In this document: in pieces, positions 12,751-25,670 of the stretch | How positions within the stretch are numbered: the first letter of the stretch is position 1 | Layout of the letters: every line of letters starts with the position of its first letter | Assembly: GCA_964016885.1 (NCBI GenBank) | Contig: OZ024743.1 | Coordinates: forward strand, 227,540,001-227,604,000 | Source of the DNA: Eledone cirrhosa | Lineage: Eukaryota | DNA length: 64,000 bases | Reading direction: 5' to 3' | Position numbers and translations under genes: made by a program | The notes under the pieces: model-generated | Databases searched by the model: none | Told to the model about the DNA's origin: nothing | What the model saw: only the letters and a program-made list of their open reading frames with translations

Positions 12751-15700
12751 CTACAGGATGGTATACAGAGAAGGCCCATTTACACGAGCCATTCTCGCCA
12801 CTATCACCCACCTTTCATAAAACTGCCTGTGGCCAAGCACCTCTCTCTCCATTCTTATCCTTCTTCCGAAGTGATATCGGAAGAAGTAGACCAGACTATG
12901 GCCAGAGAGGAAGTTGCCTGACCTCAGACCTTTCAATCGTGTCCACCAAACAACCTCTTTCAACATGGCTATTACGCACAGAAAAACCGCCTTTGCTTCC
13001 TTTGTGAAGAGGGGAGGCGGCTTGATTGTCATCAAGGACTCGGCGGTCAATCGAATCGGCGCCACCCGCGACAGCAGTCGTTCGGCGTAGCCCCACGGAT
13101 CAACCATGCCCGGACATTGCACCAATGCGTGCGCAACGGTTTCTTCGTGACGCACGCATCTAGGGCAAATCTTTTTCGAGGGATCCCTGCCCGGGCGCCC
13201 GTGTCTGTAGAGCCTCTCTCGGACGGGTAGAGCCCTCCGGTAGTACTGCCAGGCTAGTGACTTCTGGAAGTTGTCCATTGGTCCTGGGCCGAAAGTCCTA
13301 CCGAACAGGCTGGCCAGTTCGTCCTCTTTCATGTCCAGCGGCTCTCCAAGGGTGTCATCGCCCCTGCTAGCCACCAGCCCTCTATAGAATGATGAGGTGG
13401 ATTCTCCACCGATGGCCCCGCTTGCCAGAGAGCCCTGAGCGCCTGGGCACACTCAGTGTGCCAGTCTCCCAGTTTTCCGGATCTTTGCTTGACCCAGGAC
13501 TGCAGCTCGGTGAGCGAGACGAGTCTCGGAAAGGCTCGTTTCACGAACGGAGCCCACACCGATTGACCAGTGAGGAATATCTGTAGGTGCCGTAGCCTTA
13601 ATGCGTGCCTACGCATCATCAACCACGGCATCCCCAGCCCTCCTTTCGAAGGTTGTTGGCAGCAGATGGATCTTCTCACCATAGGAGGGCGCTTCTTCCA
13701 AAGAAATTGGAAGAGCATGCGTTCCATGGTGGTGAGTGTTTCCTTAGGGCAAGGCACGACAGTCAGGCGGTAGTAAGTGACGGACGCTATGTAAATGTTC
13801 GCCACCTCCGCCCGACCTTTTAGGGACAGCTTACACTTGGCCCATTTCTGAGTTAGTGCAAACACCTTCTTCGTAACCTCGTCCCAGTTCTTTTCCACCT
13901 GAAGGTCCGGTCCAAACCAGACCCAAGCAACTTCACCGGGCCCTCCGTCCAGTGTCCGACGACACCGTCGGGAGGCATCGGTCTGCCTCTCCACGTTCCG
14001 AGTTGCAGCCCGATGGATTTTCCCGGTTCAGTTTCGCTCCTGACAACCTTTCGTAATCCTCCAGTAAGGTACCGATCGCCTCGATCTCCGAGTCGGTCGA
14101 TACCATTACTGTTACGTCATCGGCGTAGGCCGACACCGCTTTGCTCAATCCTGGTTCCAGGGGGATACCCTGCAACAACTCCAACTTCCTCAGTAAAGGC
14201 TCGAGAGTCATTACGTACAGAAGGGAGGAGAGAGGGCACCCCTGTCGAATGGATCGTGTGATTTCGAACGGTTTCGAAAGGTAGCCGTTCACCTTGATCC
14301 TAGAACAGATGTGGTTGCTATGTAAGGCAGTGATCCAGCCTCTGAAAACAGAACTGAACCCAAACGCCGCTAGCACCGCATCCAGGTAACCATGGTCGAC
14401 CCGATCGAAGGCCTTAGACTGATCCAAGTTGATCAGGGCCCCACAGAAGCCGGGTTTGTTGCCAACCCTCTCTATGATGTATCGCATGAGGTGGAGGTTA
14501 TCGTGAATGGACCTGGATGGGATAGCACATGTCTGCGCATCTCCCACCAGGCCACCCACGACAAGCGCCAACCTCTTTGCTAACACCTTGGCCAAAATCT
14601 TTAACTCTGTGTTTAGCAGGGTTATGGGCCGAAAATTATTTATACTATCCCCCTTGTTCTCGTCCTTCCTCACCAGCGAGACTACGCCCTTGGCTACAGA
14701 ACAAGGAATTCTCCCGTTCTGCTGCCAATTGTAGTAGACCGCTTCGAGGAGTTCGGAGAAGAAGACCGGCATTGCTAAATAAAGTTCGTAAGGTATACCA
14801 TCGAGACCTGGAGATTTGCGTCTGCTGCATTGGCTCATCGCATCCCCGATCTCATCAACCGAGATTGGTCCCTCGCAGGACTCTGCCTCTTCGCTCGAGA
14901 GACGCGGCAGGCCGTCGAGGTATGGACCGAAATCCACGTCCCCGCCCGGACCCTCGCCTCCCCCGAATAATCGGGAAAAGTGTCTTTGAAAGGCCTCGCA
15001 CATCTGCTTAGGCTCCCGGATCACCCGTCCATCCTCGTCTTGCAAAGACCGGATGGTGGATCGATTTCCACTCTTAGCTTCTGTCACGCGGGCCCAGCCA
15101 ACGGCTTTGGCCCCCTCATTACCTAGAGCACGTATTTTACTTCGAATGACGCAGCCTTCGTGCTTTGCATCGAAAAACTGGTTCAAGGCCGTCCTCGATG
15201 CCAGCACTCTGGCCACATCTTCGCTCTTGATTGCCTCTTCTAATTTACCTGTTAATTCTTTCTCGTTTCTATTCCTATCGGCAGGTAACATCTTGCTATA
15301 ACTTATTGATTCTGTTCTAATCTCTCTTTTGAGAGATGCCCACCGTCGGTTGTTTACGATTGCACCCGTCAACCTCTCCTTAACTAATCTGCTAATCCGG
15401 TTTCTGTAAGTCTCTTTTGCCGGTAAAGACAAATTAAGTTTCCAGTAACCGGGACCCTGTTTATGTGTTTTCTCGAGATTGACTACGCAGGTCACTAATT
15501 TGTGATCCGTATAGCCAACCGTGAGCATTTCTGGACAGCTTAATATGTCCCTATCATTACTTCTAACTAAGAATCTATCTAAGTACGATCTAGATTGACC
15601 ACTGTGGTTCGTCCAACTCCAGGTTGGCACAGTTGGAAAATCTAGTCGATATCTATCGACCAAGCTAAAACGGTCGAGTAACCCCTTGAGGCTGTTACAC

Positions 15701-16182
15701 CCCCCTCTATTAGGACATGCTCCTGCATAGTCCCAACGTGCATCTAGGATGTCATTTCAATCCCCCGCTAGAAGCAGGGAACGCGACGTTCCCAGAAAAG
15801 TCTCCAAACGCTGGAAGAAGTCGGGCCGTTCAGCTCCGAAAGGGGAGTAGACGGCGACCAGTCTCAAGGCCGGACCTTCACTACTGCCAACGTCTAGCAC
15901 CAACAAACGACCCTCCGGGTCCGAGTGAACAACCTGTACGGCGAGACCCAGGTGTTTTTCCAGCAGTACGACAACCCCACCCCCATCTCCAGGTTGACAG
16001 AGAGATGCATGCACCTCAAAGTCATCGAAGGTAGGGGCCAGCTGCCGCACGACGCTGATCCGAGTCTCACAGATAACCATTACATTTATACCACGTGACC
16101 TGAGGTTATTTAGAAGCTTTGCTTGCTTCCAAGTTGAGCCCAGGCCACGTGCATTCAAACATCCTACTCTTAACACATCCAT
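12751..16182 (-). pseudogene. Tx1 copy A ORF2 (APE endonuclease, reverse transcriptase, zinc finger), frameshifted
   Basis: Fragments 15757-16182, 13933-15663, 13329-13994 and 12751-13452; motifs LNARGL, SYLDRFLV, TDHKLV, SPGLDG, DQSKAFDRVDH, RQGCPLS, YADDV, CPRC…H…C. Confidence 0.92.
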
Positions 16183-16305
16183 GTGGGCGGCAAAGCCAAG
16201 GAGAGTGTAGAGACCTACCTTTCTGCTTCCCGGCGTTCGGGTCGCACGACTTCCATGGGGTCAGGGGTGTTGGGTGAAGGGGTGTCTTGTGGTGGTGTGG
16301 GGTCG

Positions 16306-17915
16306 TCAGTGTGTGATGGGGGTGGGGTGTTTTAGAGTTGTGTTGGGGAGGGGAAGCAGAGGGGGAAAGCTTTTTAGTAGGACGCGATTTATGGGTTTGA
16401 CAGAGGGTGGTCCTACGTCCTCCTTAAAATCCTTTTTTAGTTTTTGGTAGAGGTTCATTGGGATCTTTATTAATTTTAAATGTGGGTAGTTTTCTGAAGA
16501 AACAAAGTTTACACCTTCGGTTTGTACCGAAGGATTATTGTTTATGAGTTTATTTAATTTATTATTGTTTCTGTTGATGTAAGTATAGTGTAATGTCTTT
16601 TTTTCGGATGGTGTGAGTGTTTCGAAGATGGGAGGGGCAGGTTTGGTTTTGTTTGTTGCTGGAGGGGTGTTTTGTGTTTTGTTGGATTGTGTTGACATTT
16701 GGGTAGGGGTTGTTTGGCCTTGTGTGTTTTGCACATGTTTTCTTTTTTTCCTTTTAATCTGTCTGAAGGACTCCGTTTCTTCCTCCGAATTCGTTGGGTT
16801 ATCTTCAGTGTTGGAGGGAAGAGGTATGTTTGCTGGTGATGTTTCCGTGTTGGTTTTCTTTGTGGGGGAGATGGATGTCACTATGTTAGACTGTGTTGTG
16901 TGTTGTGGCTGCGGTGGTTGTGTTGTTTTATTGAGTGAGGGGTTGGGTGGGACTGTGTTTTGTTTTTGGGTAATGTGTTGTGACTGTTTGTGTTGTGGTG
17001 GTGGTGTAGTTTTACTGAGGGACGGGTTGGGTGGGACTGAGTTTTGTTGTTTGTTTATCTGTTGTGGTGGTGGTGGAGCTGGTGTTGGTAGCAGGGTTTT
17101 CTTTTTGTTGAGTTGGGGACAAGCCGCCTTCAGGTGCCCTCTGCCTGCACAGATATGACAGGACGGTCTTCTCCCCTCCACGCTAATGTTTATATACCCG
17201 TGGCCCTCTAATAGGATTCTGTCGGGTATTTGGGCGATGCGTTCAGGCTTCATTTGCACTACAAGTTCTATACCTGTTCCACTGAACGCATTGCCTGTGG
17301 TTTTCCCAATGGAAATCACGTTGTCATTCGCTGGATCGATGAAGCCAGCTATGAGCCAGCAGTAGTCCACATCTGGCATCATTGCATCCAGCCATATGCG
17401 CTGAGTTCTTTTATCCATATAAGATGGATAAAAGGTAAAATTTGTCGAACGAATCGGCGACAAAGCCCATTTTTTGCCGCCGATTCGTTCTTCATAATAA
17501 TCGCTAGGCTTCCATACAGTCTGTCTCTTCTTATGAAAGTGGTTTCATTAAGTACTTCTGTAAGTACTGCTTTGATTTCTGTTTGTGTTGGCTGTTGAGG
17601 TTTTTTAGAAATGTTGTTGATGGTGCGCAAAACGACCGTCCGACTTTCAATGTCTTTGGTGAGTTCTTGAGGCATTTTTACCGATAAAATACCATTTTCC
17701 CCTTGAGTTATGTATTGTTTGGCGTTTATAATTCTTTGTGCAACATCTGAAATATTTTCAGGTATATATGTCAAAGATTTCTTTGTTGTTTGTGCAAATG
17801 AAATATTATTGGTGTTGACTTTGTCGTCTGCTTTGCTTTCTGTTATGATGTTGTTTTCAAATGTTATTGTTGTGTTCGTTGTGTCTTTGTTTGTGGTATT
17901 AATATTGTCATGCAA
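16306..17915 (-). pseudogene. Tx1 copy A ORF1 (gag-like zinc-knuckle protein), frameshift near 17460
   Basis: CHICAGRGHLKAAC knuckle; homologous to ORF1 of copies C and D. Confidence 0.85.
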
Positions 17916-18174
17916 TTTTTCAAATTTTTTTTTGTTGTTGGAATCAATGTCCAGATTTGTGTTTTCGTCATTTTTCTCCGCACATTCGTCTGTTTTTATT
18001 TTATTTTTTCTTTCCTTCTCTATGACGTTAGTTGGGACGGAAGGGGGGACTAAAGCGTGCGAGATTACAACTCTTACCGCTGTCCCCCACCACTATTTTC
18101 GTTAGCTTCGTTTAACATTTCTGTCAGACGATTGAATTTCTTATGCCACAAAATTTTTTTTTTAAAACAGGTTT

Positions 18175-18240
18175 TTCACCCCTGGGAGGGGTGAAGATGA
18201 GCTGACCCACCGCCTGACAGTTCAGACGGGGGGTCAAGCT
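18175..18240 (-). promoter_or_regulatory. Conserved 5'-UTR double hairpin of Tx1 copy A
   Basis: TGACCC-C-CCGTCTGA-ACTG-TCAGGCGG-T-GGGTCA followed by TTCACCCCT-CCC-AGGGGTGAA. Confidence 0.6.
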
Positions 18241-18388
18241 ACACAATAGTATCAAAATTAAAATTGAACTTACAAAATTTCCGCAATAAATTTGAACAAA
18301 ACTTCTGCGCGAAGTGAATTACATCTACGCTGTAGAACAGACGACAGCTAGATTTGAATATATATACACAGATAGATAGATAGATATA

Positions 18389-19537
18389 TTTCTTTATTAG
18401 CCACAGGGGCACAAAAGAAGGGGACAAGTACAAAGGGGGAAGTTTACATACAATAAAAACGTGTAAAATGTTATCACAAATGGAATTTAAAAAGTTAGTC
18501 GATTTTCCCCAATAGAGGGAGACAGTTTATATGGGTAAAACATACCCCCGAAAAAAAATGTGCAACCTTCATCTCCAGGAGTACGAAGAGTTTGTACTCC
18601 TTTCCTCTCCTCCTCCTTTTCCTCAACCTACAGGCTGATATAGAGAGAAGGCCCATTCACTCGGGCCATTCTCGCCATTTTCACCCACATTTCATAAAAC
18701 TTGCTGGGGTACAGCACCTCTCTCTCCATCCTGATTCTTCTTCCAAAGTGGTATTTGAAAAAAAGAATCAGTTGTTGGCCGGAGAGAAAGGTGTCTGACC
18801 TCAGCCCTTTCAACCTTGTCCACCATACAACCTCTTTCGCCATAGCTATCACACAAAGGAAAACCGCCTCTCCTTCGTTTTTGAAGGAGGGTGGCGGTTT
18901 GATCATGACAATGGACTCGGTGGTCAACTGGATTGGTCCCACCCGCGACAATAGTCGTTCTACATAGCCCCACAGGTCAGTGACGCCCGGGCAGTGGATG
19001 AATGCGTGCGCGACGGTTTCTTCGTCTCGCACGCACCTCGGACAGATCTTTTTTTCAGGGTCCCTGCCCGGGCGTCCAGGTCTGTAGAGCTTGTCTCGAA
19101 CTGATAGAGCTCCTCGGTAGCACTGCCAGGCCAGGGACTTTTGGAAGTTGTCCATCGGTCCCGGGCGGAAGGTCCTACCGAACAGACTGGCCAGTTCATC
19201 TTCCTCTACGCCTAGATTTTCATCGAGCGCGTCGTCGCACTTGCTGCGGACCAACCCTCTATAGAATGACGAAGTGGAGTCTCCACTGATCGCCGGGTCC
19301 GCCTGCCAGAGGGCTGTGAGCGCCTGAGCACATTCGATGTGCCAGTCGCCCATTTTCCTCGGTCTTTGCTTGACCCAGGACTGCAGCTCGGTCAGCGAGA
19401 CGAGTCGTGGGAAGGCTCGCCTCACGAACGGTTGTCCGGTGAGGAATACGTAGAGATGCCGCAGCCTGAGCGCGCGTTTGCGCATCGTCAACCACGGCAT
19501 CCCCAGCCCTCCGTTAGAAGGGTGTTGGCAGCAGATG

Positions 19538-19540
<3 letters not shown>
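18389..19540 (-). mobile_element. 5'-truncated Tx1 LINE, copy B (close to the 3' end of copy D)
   Basis: Near-identical to 25433-26594; ORF2 C-terminus with stop at 18628. Confidence 0.92.
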
Positions 19541-19612
<72 letters not shown>

Positions 19613-19647
19613 GGATAGATAGATGGATAAATAGATAGATAGATAGA
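19538..19647. repeat. (GATA)n microsatellite between copies B and C
   Basis: Direct reading. Confidence 0.95.
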
Positions 19648-19880
19648 TTTCTTTATTAGCCACAAGGGCGCACAAGAAAGGGGACAATACAAAGACATGC
19701 CGGGGATTTTACATACAGTCGTGTAAAAAATATAAAAACAAACAATTTCAACAATCGAAATCCCCAATAGGGTGGAGGCCCCACAAATGGGTTGTTTAAT
19801 ACCCCGTCGATAGAACAACCCTCAACTCGAGGAGCGTGTTGTGCAAGTGCTCCTTTCTTCCTTTTGCTCTCTTCCTCAAC

Positions 19881-22800
19881 CTACAGGCTTATAAACAGAG
19901 AAGGCCCAATCACTCGGGCCATTTTCGCTTCATTCACCTACCTTTCAGTAAATTTACTGGGGTGCAGTGCCTCTCTCTCCACCCTGATTCTCCTTCTAAA
20001 GTGATACTTAAAGAAGGGAATCAATTGTTGTCCGGAGAGAAAGGCATCTGTCCTCAGTCCTCTCAACCTCGTCCACCATATAACTTCTTTCACCATAGCC
20101 ACCGTACAGAGGAAAACCGCCTCTCTTTCGTTTTTGAAAGAGTCTGGCGGTTTGATCCTTACTATGGACTCGGCAGTCAACTGTATTTGTCCCATACGCG
20201 ACAGCAGTTGTTCTGCATAGTTCCACAGGTCGCTTACGCCCGGGCAGTGTACAATTGCGTGCAGAACTGTTTCAATGTCCTGCGCACATCTTGGACACGT
20301 CCTCTTGGAAGGATCCCTGCCAGGGCGTCCGTGCCTGTAGATCTTGTCACGAACCGGTAGAGCTCCTCGGTAGCACTGCCAGGCCAGGGACCTCTGGAAG
20401 TTGTCCATAGGTCCCTGGCGGAAAGTCCTACCAAACAGACTGGTGAGCTCATCGTCTTCGACGCCCAGAGTCTCTCCGAGCACGTCGTCGCCATTGTAAC
20501 GTACAATCCCTCTATAGGATGTCGAAGTGGTGTCTCCACTGATTGCTGTGCCAGGCGCCCATCGTTTTCGGTCTTTTCTTCACCCAGGACTGCAGCTCCG
20601 TAAGCGAGACGAGCTGTGGGAAAGCCTGTCTCACAAACGGTGCCCACACCGGTTGGGGGTCGGTGAGGAATACCTGGAGATGCCGCAGCCTCAGCGCATG
20701 TTTGCGCATCATCAGCCACGGCATTCCCAGCGCTCCGTTGGAAGGGTGCTGACAGCAGACGGATCTCCTCACCAGCGGAGCCTACTTCTTCCACAGAAAC
20801 TGGAAGAGCATGCGTTCCATCTTGGCGAGGTGTTCACGGGGACAAGGCACGACAGTCAAGCGGTAGTAGATGACGGACGCTATGAAAGTGTTCGCCACCT
20901 CCGCTCGACCTTTCAAGGACAGTTTGCACTCTGCCCACTTCTGAGTGAGTGCAAACACCTTGGCCGTGACCTCGTTCCAGTTTTTCTCCACCTGGAGGTC
21001 TGGACCGAACCAGACCCCGAGCAATTTTACCGGTCCGTCCGTCCAGCGTCCAACGACGCTGTCGGATGTCATCGGTTTGCCTCTCCACGTACCGAGTTGC
21101 AAACCGACAGACTTGTCTGGGTTTAGTTTTGCTCCCGTCAGCGTTTCGTATTCTTTCAGTATGTTGCCGATCACCCCGATTTCCGAGGTGCTCGACACCA
21201 TTACTGTAACGTCGTCGGCATAAGCCGACGCCGCTTTGCGCAGTCCCGGTTCTAGGGGCATGCCCTGCAACAGCTCCAATTTCCGCAGTAGTGGCTCTAG
21301 AGTCAATACACACAGAATGGAGGAGAGAGGGCATCCCTGTCGAATGGAACGCGTGATTGCGAACGGCTCCGATAGGTAGCCGTTCACCTTGACCCTCGAG
21401 CAGATGCTGGGGTGCATCGCCTCGATCCATCCTCTGAACACGGGACCGAAACCGGCCGCCTTGAGAACCGCTTCCAAGTATCGATGGTCGACCCTATCGA
21501 ATGCCTTAGACTGATCCAAGTTTATCAAAGCCCACCGAAGCCGGGTTTACTACCCAGCCTCTCTATGATGTATCGCATGAGGTGGAGGTTGTCGTGTATG
21601 GACCTGGTCAGGATTGCACACGTTTGCGCTTTCCCTACCAGGTTCTCGACGACAAGCGCCAACCTCGTCGCTAGCACCTTGGCCAAAATCTTTAACTCTG
21701 TGTTGAGCAGAGTTATAGGCCTGAAGTTGTTAATTTCGTCCCCCTTGTTCTCGTCTTTCCTGATCAGCGTTACTACGCCCTTGCCTGCAGAACTGGGAAT
21801 TCTCCTGTTCTGCTGCCAATTGCAGTAGACGGCTTCGAGGACGCCAGAGAACAAGTCCGGCATGCCTATGTAAAATTCGTAGGGTAGACCATCTAGACCG
21901 GGTGACTTGCGTTTCCCGCAGCGGCCCAGAACGTCCCGTATCTCAGTGTCCGTGATCGGTCTTTCGCAGAACTCGGCGTCTGTGTTCGAGAGACGCGGCA
22001 GGCCGTCGAGGTATGAACTAAAGTCCATTGCCCTGTTCGGCTCACCGTCGTTCTGCTCAAACAGTCGCGCAAAGTGCCGCTGAAAGGCCGCGCACATTTG
22101 CTTGGGGTCAAGTAGCACGCGTCCGTTTTGGTCTTTCAAAGACCGAATCGTGGACATGTTGCCACTTTTTGCCTCCGCCACTCGGGCCCAGCTGACAGCT
22201 TTCGCTCCTTCGTTTCCTAGAGCACGTGTTTTGCTTCTGACCACGCAGCCTTCGTGTTTCGCATCGAAGAACTGGTCCAGTGCCGTTCTCGACGCTAACA
22301 CTCTAGCCGCGTTGCCACTTCTAAGTGCCTCCTCTACCTTGGCTACTAGTTCTCTTTCTATTCTGTTTTTCTCTAAGGCAAACTCTCTGCTATACCCTAT
22401 CGATTCTATTCTAATTGCTTTCTTGAGAGAGTACCACCATCTATTGTTGACGATGGCTCCCGTTAACTGTTGCTTGACTAGTTTACTTATCCGTTCACTG
22501 TAAGCTTTACGTGCCGGCAACGACATGTTCAGCTTCCAGTATCCGGGACTCTGTCTATGTATTCTATCACGGTTGACTAAGCAGACGACTAACTTGTAAT
22601 CTGAATAGGCAACCATGTGCATTCGTGGACAGCTTAACATATCCTTGTCCCTTTCTCTAATGAAGAACCTATCTAAATACGATCTAGATGTCCCACTGCG
22701 GTTTACCCACGTCCACTGTGGTGCAGTCGGGAAATCCAGTCGATACCTATCGGCCAGTTGGAATTGGCCGATTAAAGTTTTGAGGCTGTTGCACCCCGCT

Positions 22801-23282
22801 CTACTAGGACATGCTCCCACATAGTCCCATCGTGCATCTAGGATACCATTCCAGTCCCCCACTAAAAGTAAGGAGCGAGACGTTCCCAGAAAAGACTCTA
22901 GACGCTTAAAGAAGTCTGGCCGTGATTGCGATTGCCCGGTCGGGGCATAAACGGCCACCAGTCTGAAGGCTCCACCTCCGATACTGTTCACGTCTAGGAC
23001 TACCAGTCTACCCTCCGGGTCCAAGTGTACTTGCTGTACTCCGACGTCCAGGTTCTTCCGAAACATAACAGCCACTCCACCTCCACCTCCTGGCTGACAG
23101 AGAGATGCGTAGATCTCAAAGTCGTCGATGATGGGGGTTAGTTGCTGCCTGTTGTGGATTCTGGACTCGGTGATGGCTATCACATCCATACTGTGTGACC
23201 TAAGGTCGTTTAAAAGTTGGCCTTGTTTCCAGGGCATCCCTAGGCCACGCACATTCACGGTTCCAACTCGTAAACCAGCCAT
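19881..23282 (-). pseudogene. Tx1 copy C ORF2, with frameshifts, a deletion and a premature stop
   Basis: Fragments 21525-23282, 20782-21528, 20512-20772 and 19938-20483; homologous native stop TAG at 19881-19883. Confidence 0.9.
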
Positions 23283-23323
23283 GTTGGTGAAGAAAAGTTG
23301 GAGAAAAAGGACGAAAGGTGCAC

Positions 23324-25200
23324 TTACCTTTTCGTTTCCTGGAGATCGGGTTGTTCAATCTCCATTTGCTTGCTGGATGGAGTGTTGGGTGGGGTGGGGA
23401 AACCTTTCAACAGGACGCGGTTGATGGGTTTGTGGCAGGGGTTGCCCACGTCCTGTGAAAATTTAATTTTCAGGTCTTTATAGGTTTCCATAGAAACCCT
23501 TATAAGTTTAAGGTGTGGAGACGATTCTGCCTTGACGAAAGTTTTGCCTTCCGTCTCCACCTTGGGGTTTTGGGAGATGACCTCCATCAAACTCTTGTTG
23601 TTTGTGTTGATGTATGCGTATTGTTGTTTGTGTTTTTGTTGTATTGTTTTAGTTTGTTGTTCATCCGGGAGTTTTCTTTTTATGGTGGGTGCTTGTGTTT
23701 GGGGTGGTGTTGGTGCTGGTTTTGCTGATAGGGGGATGTTTGACTGTGGTGTTGTTTGTGTTGTTGCTTGTGTCTGTGGTTGTGTGTTGGTGTTGGTGAT
23801 TGGAGTTTTGGGGGTTTTGTGGTGTCTCTTTTTTTGTTTTTTGGATTGCCGCGGTTCTCCCTCTTCTTCACTTAAAGAAGGAGAAGCAGCTTCATCCGTC
23901 GATGAATAATCATCGTCAGGTGTGTGGGGTAAGGGTATGTTGTGTGGTGGTGGTGGTGTTTCGGTATGTGTGTTTGTGGTAGTGTTTGATGGAGTGGGAT
24001 GGAGTGGGGATGTGTTCTTCAGGGGTGTTGTCTCTGTTTTTTCTGTTGTTGTTGGTTGAGTGTCTGTTTGTTTTGGTGTGGTTGCTCGTTTCGTCTGTCG
24101 TTGTACTTGTGGTGGTGGTGGTGGTTGTTTTGGTGTTGGTGTTGGTAATAGCGTTTTTTTTATGATGTTGTTGTTGTGTGTTTGTGGGCAAGAGGCTTTT
24201 AGGTGAGATGTGCAACCACAGCGAAAGCAGTGAAATTTTCGTCCTTCTACCGAAATGTTTATTTTGTTGTTATTATCAATAACGACTCTTTCGGGTATTT
24301 TGGAGATTCTCTCCGGTTTCATTTGCAACAGAATCTCCAAATCGGTGCCCGCCCACCTTTGTCGAATGGATTTTCGTATCGAAAGTATTATGTCTGTTTC
24401 TGGCTCTACGAAGCCAGCCAAGATCCACCAGATGTTAATGCTTGGAGGTATCTTTTTTATTTTTATTTTTTGTGTCCTTTTCCCCATGTATGTAGGGAAA
24501 AAGGTGTATGCTTTTGACACTATTGGTGTCACAGAGTTTTTTGGGGCGAGTGTCTCGCTTTTAAACAGTACGGAAACACTTCCGTACTGTTTTCCTCGCT
24601 GGAGAAAATCGACATTTGCTAGAATCTCCTTGAAAGAATCTTCTATATCTGACTGATTAACAAATGTCGGTTTTCTTGACGAATTTGACACAGTCCTAAA
24701 AGTGACTGATCGGCGGTTTGTGTCTTCCTTTATTTCAAGGGGTGAGTTAATTCTAAACCCACCTCTTTCTTCGAAAGTTACAAATTTTCTCCCTTGCTGG
24801 AGCATATCTATTGCGTTGGAGATATCAAGATTTATAAAATCTTGTTTCTTGTTGACTGTGTCAGCGACATTTTCTTTTTTTGTGTGATGTTGTTGTTGAT
24901 AATGATGTTATCGTTGTTGGAAATGTTATGTGTAGATGTATCTGTAGAGTTGTTGATGTCTTTTTCATGTGTATGTATGTCAATGGGTTTTTTTGCCGTG
25001 TTTTCCTGTGTGTTATTGTCATTTTTCTCCGCTTCGGCAGTAGAAATTGTAAAATTTTCAAATGTTGATATATTTTTTTCTTTTGTAACAGTTGTATCTA
25101 TGGCAACGTCCATAGCAGCAGAAGCAGATATAACGTTAATATCTGCCTCTTTCTCTCTCTTTTCTCTATTAACGTTCTCCAGCGTTCTAGTGTTGCTCAA
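23324..25200 (-). pseudogene. Tx1 copy C ORF1, frameshift near 24820
   Basis: 493-aa ORF with CFRCGCTSHLKASC plus an upstream Asn/Thr-rich N-terminal fragment. Confidence 0.85.
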
Positions 25201-25264
25201 GTTTTTTACTTTGAAAAATTTGATATTTTAAAACAAATTTTTTAAAACAAATTTTTTAAAATTA

Positions 25265-25319
25265 CAGGGGCGAAAAATGGGATTACCACCCAGCTGACAA
25301 TTCAGCTTGGGGGTTAATC
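25265..25319 (-). promoter_or_regulatory. Conserved 5'-UTR hairpin of Tx1 copy C
   Basis: GATTAACC-CCCAAGCTGA-ATTG-TCAGCTGGG-TGGTAATC, then TTTTCGCCCCTG (second hairpin incomplete). Confidence 0.55.
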
Positions 25320-25670
25320 TACAGAGTGTTGTATTTTTTCAAACAATTAGATCGGTTTTTTGCATAGAAATTAACAAAAAACTTACCGGCGATATTCCAC
25401 ACGTCAGACAGAAAGAGAGATAGATAGATATATTTCTTTATTAGCCACAGGGGCACAAAAGAAGGGGACAGATACAAAGGGGGAAGTTTACATACAATAG
25501 AAACGTGTAAAATGTTATCACAGATGGAATTTAAAAGTTAGTCGATTTTCCCCAATAGAGGGAGACAGTTTATATGGGTAACACATACCCCCGAAAAAAA
25601 ATGTGCAACCCTCATCTCCAGGAGTACGAAGAGCTTGTAATCCTTTCCTCTCCTTCTCCTTTTCCTCAAC

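Larger units (their letters stand above)
12536..18357 (-). mobile_element. Full-length L1/Tx1-clade LINE, copy A (decayed), with 21-bp TSD
   Basis: ORF1 with a CCHC knuckle; ORF2 with APE, RT and C-terminal CX2C…H…C; 3' end AATAAAGAAA; ATATATATACACAGATAGATA duplicated at 12513-12533 and 18358-18378. Confidence 0.93.
19648..25412 (-). mobile_element. Full-length L1/Tx1-clade LINE, copy C (decayed)
   Basis: Same architecture as copy A; both ends abut GATA repeats. Confidence 0.93.

Noticed and set aside
18175-18240. Hammerhead, HDV or snRNA identity for the Tx1 5'-UTR hairpins
   Set aside because: No CUGANGA/GAAA core, no evident nested pseudoknot, and the linker does not match the Sm consensus.
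18628-19818. 396-aa ORF
   Set aside because: Chance fusion of the copy C 3' UTR, a stop-free (TATC)n tract and the copy B ORF2 fragment; the same applies to 46170-46811.
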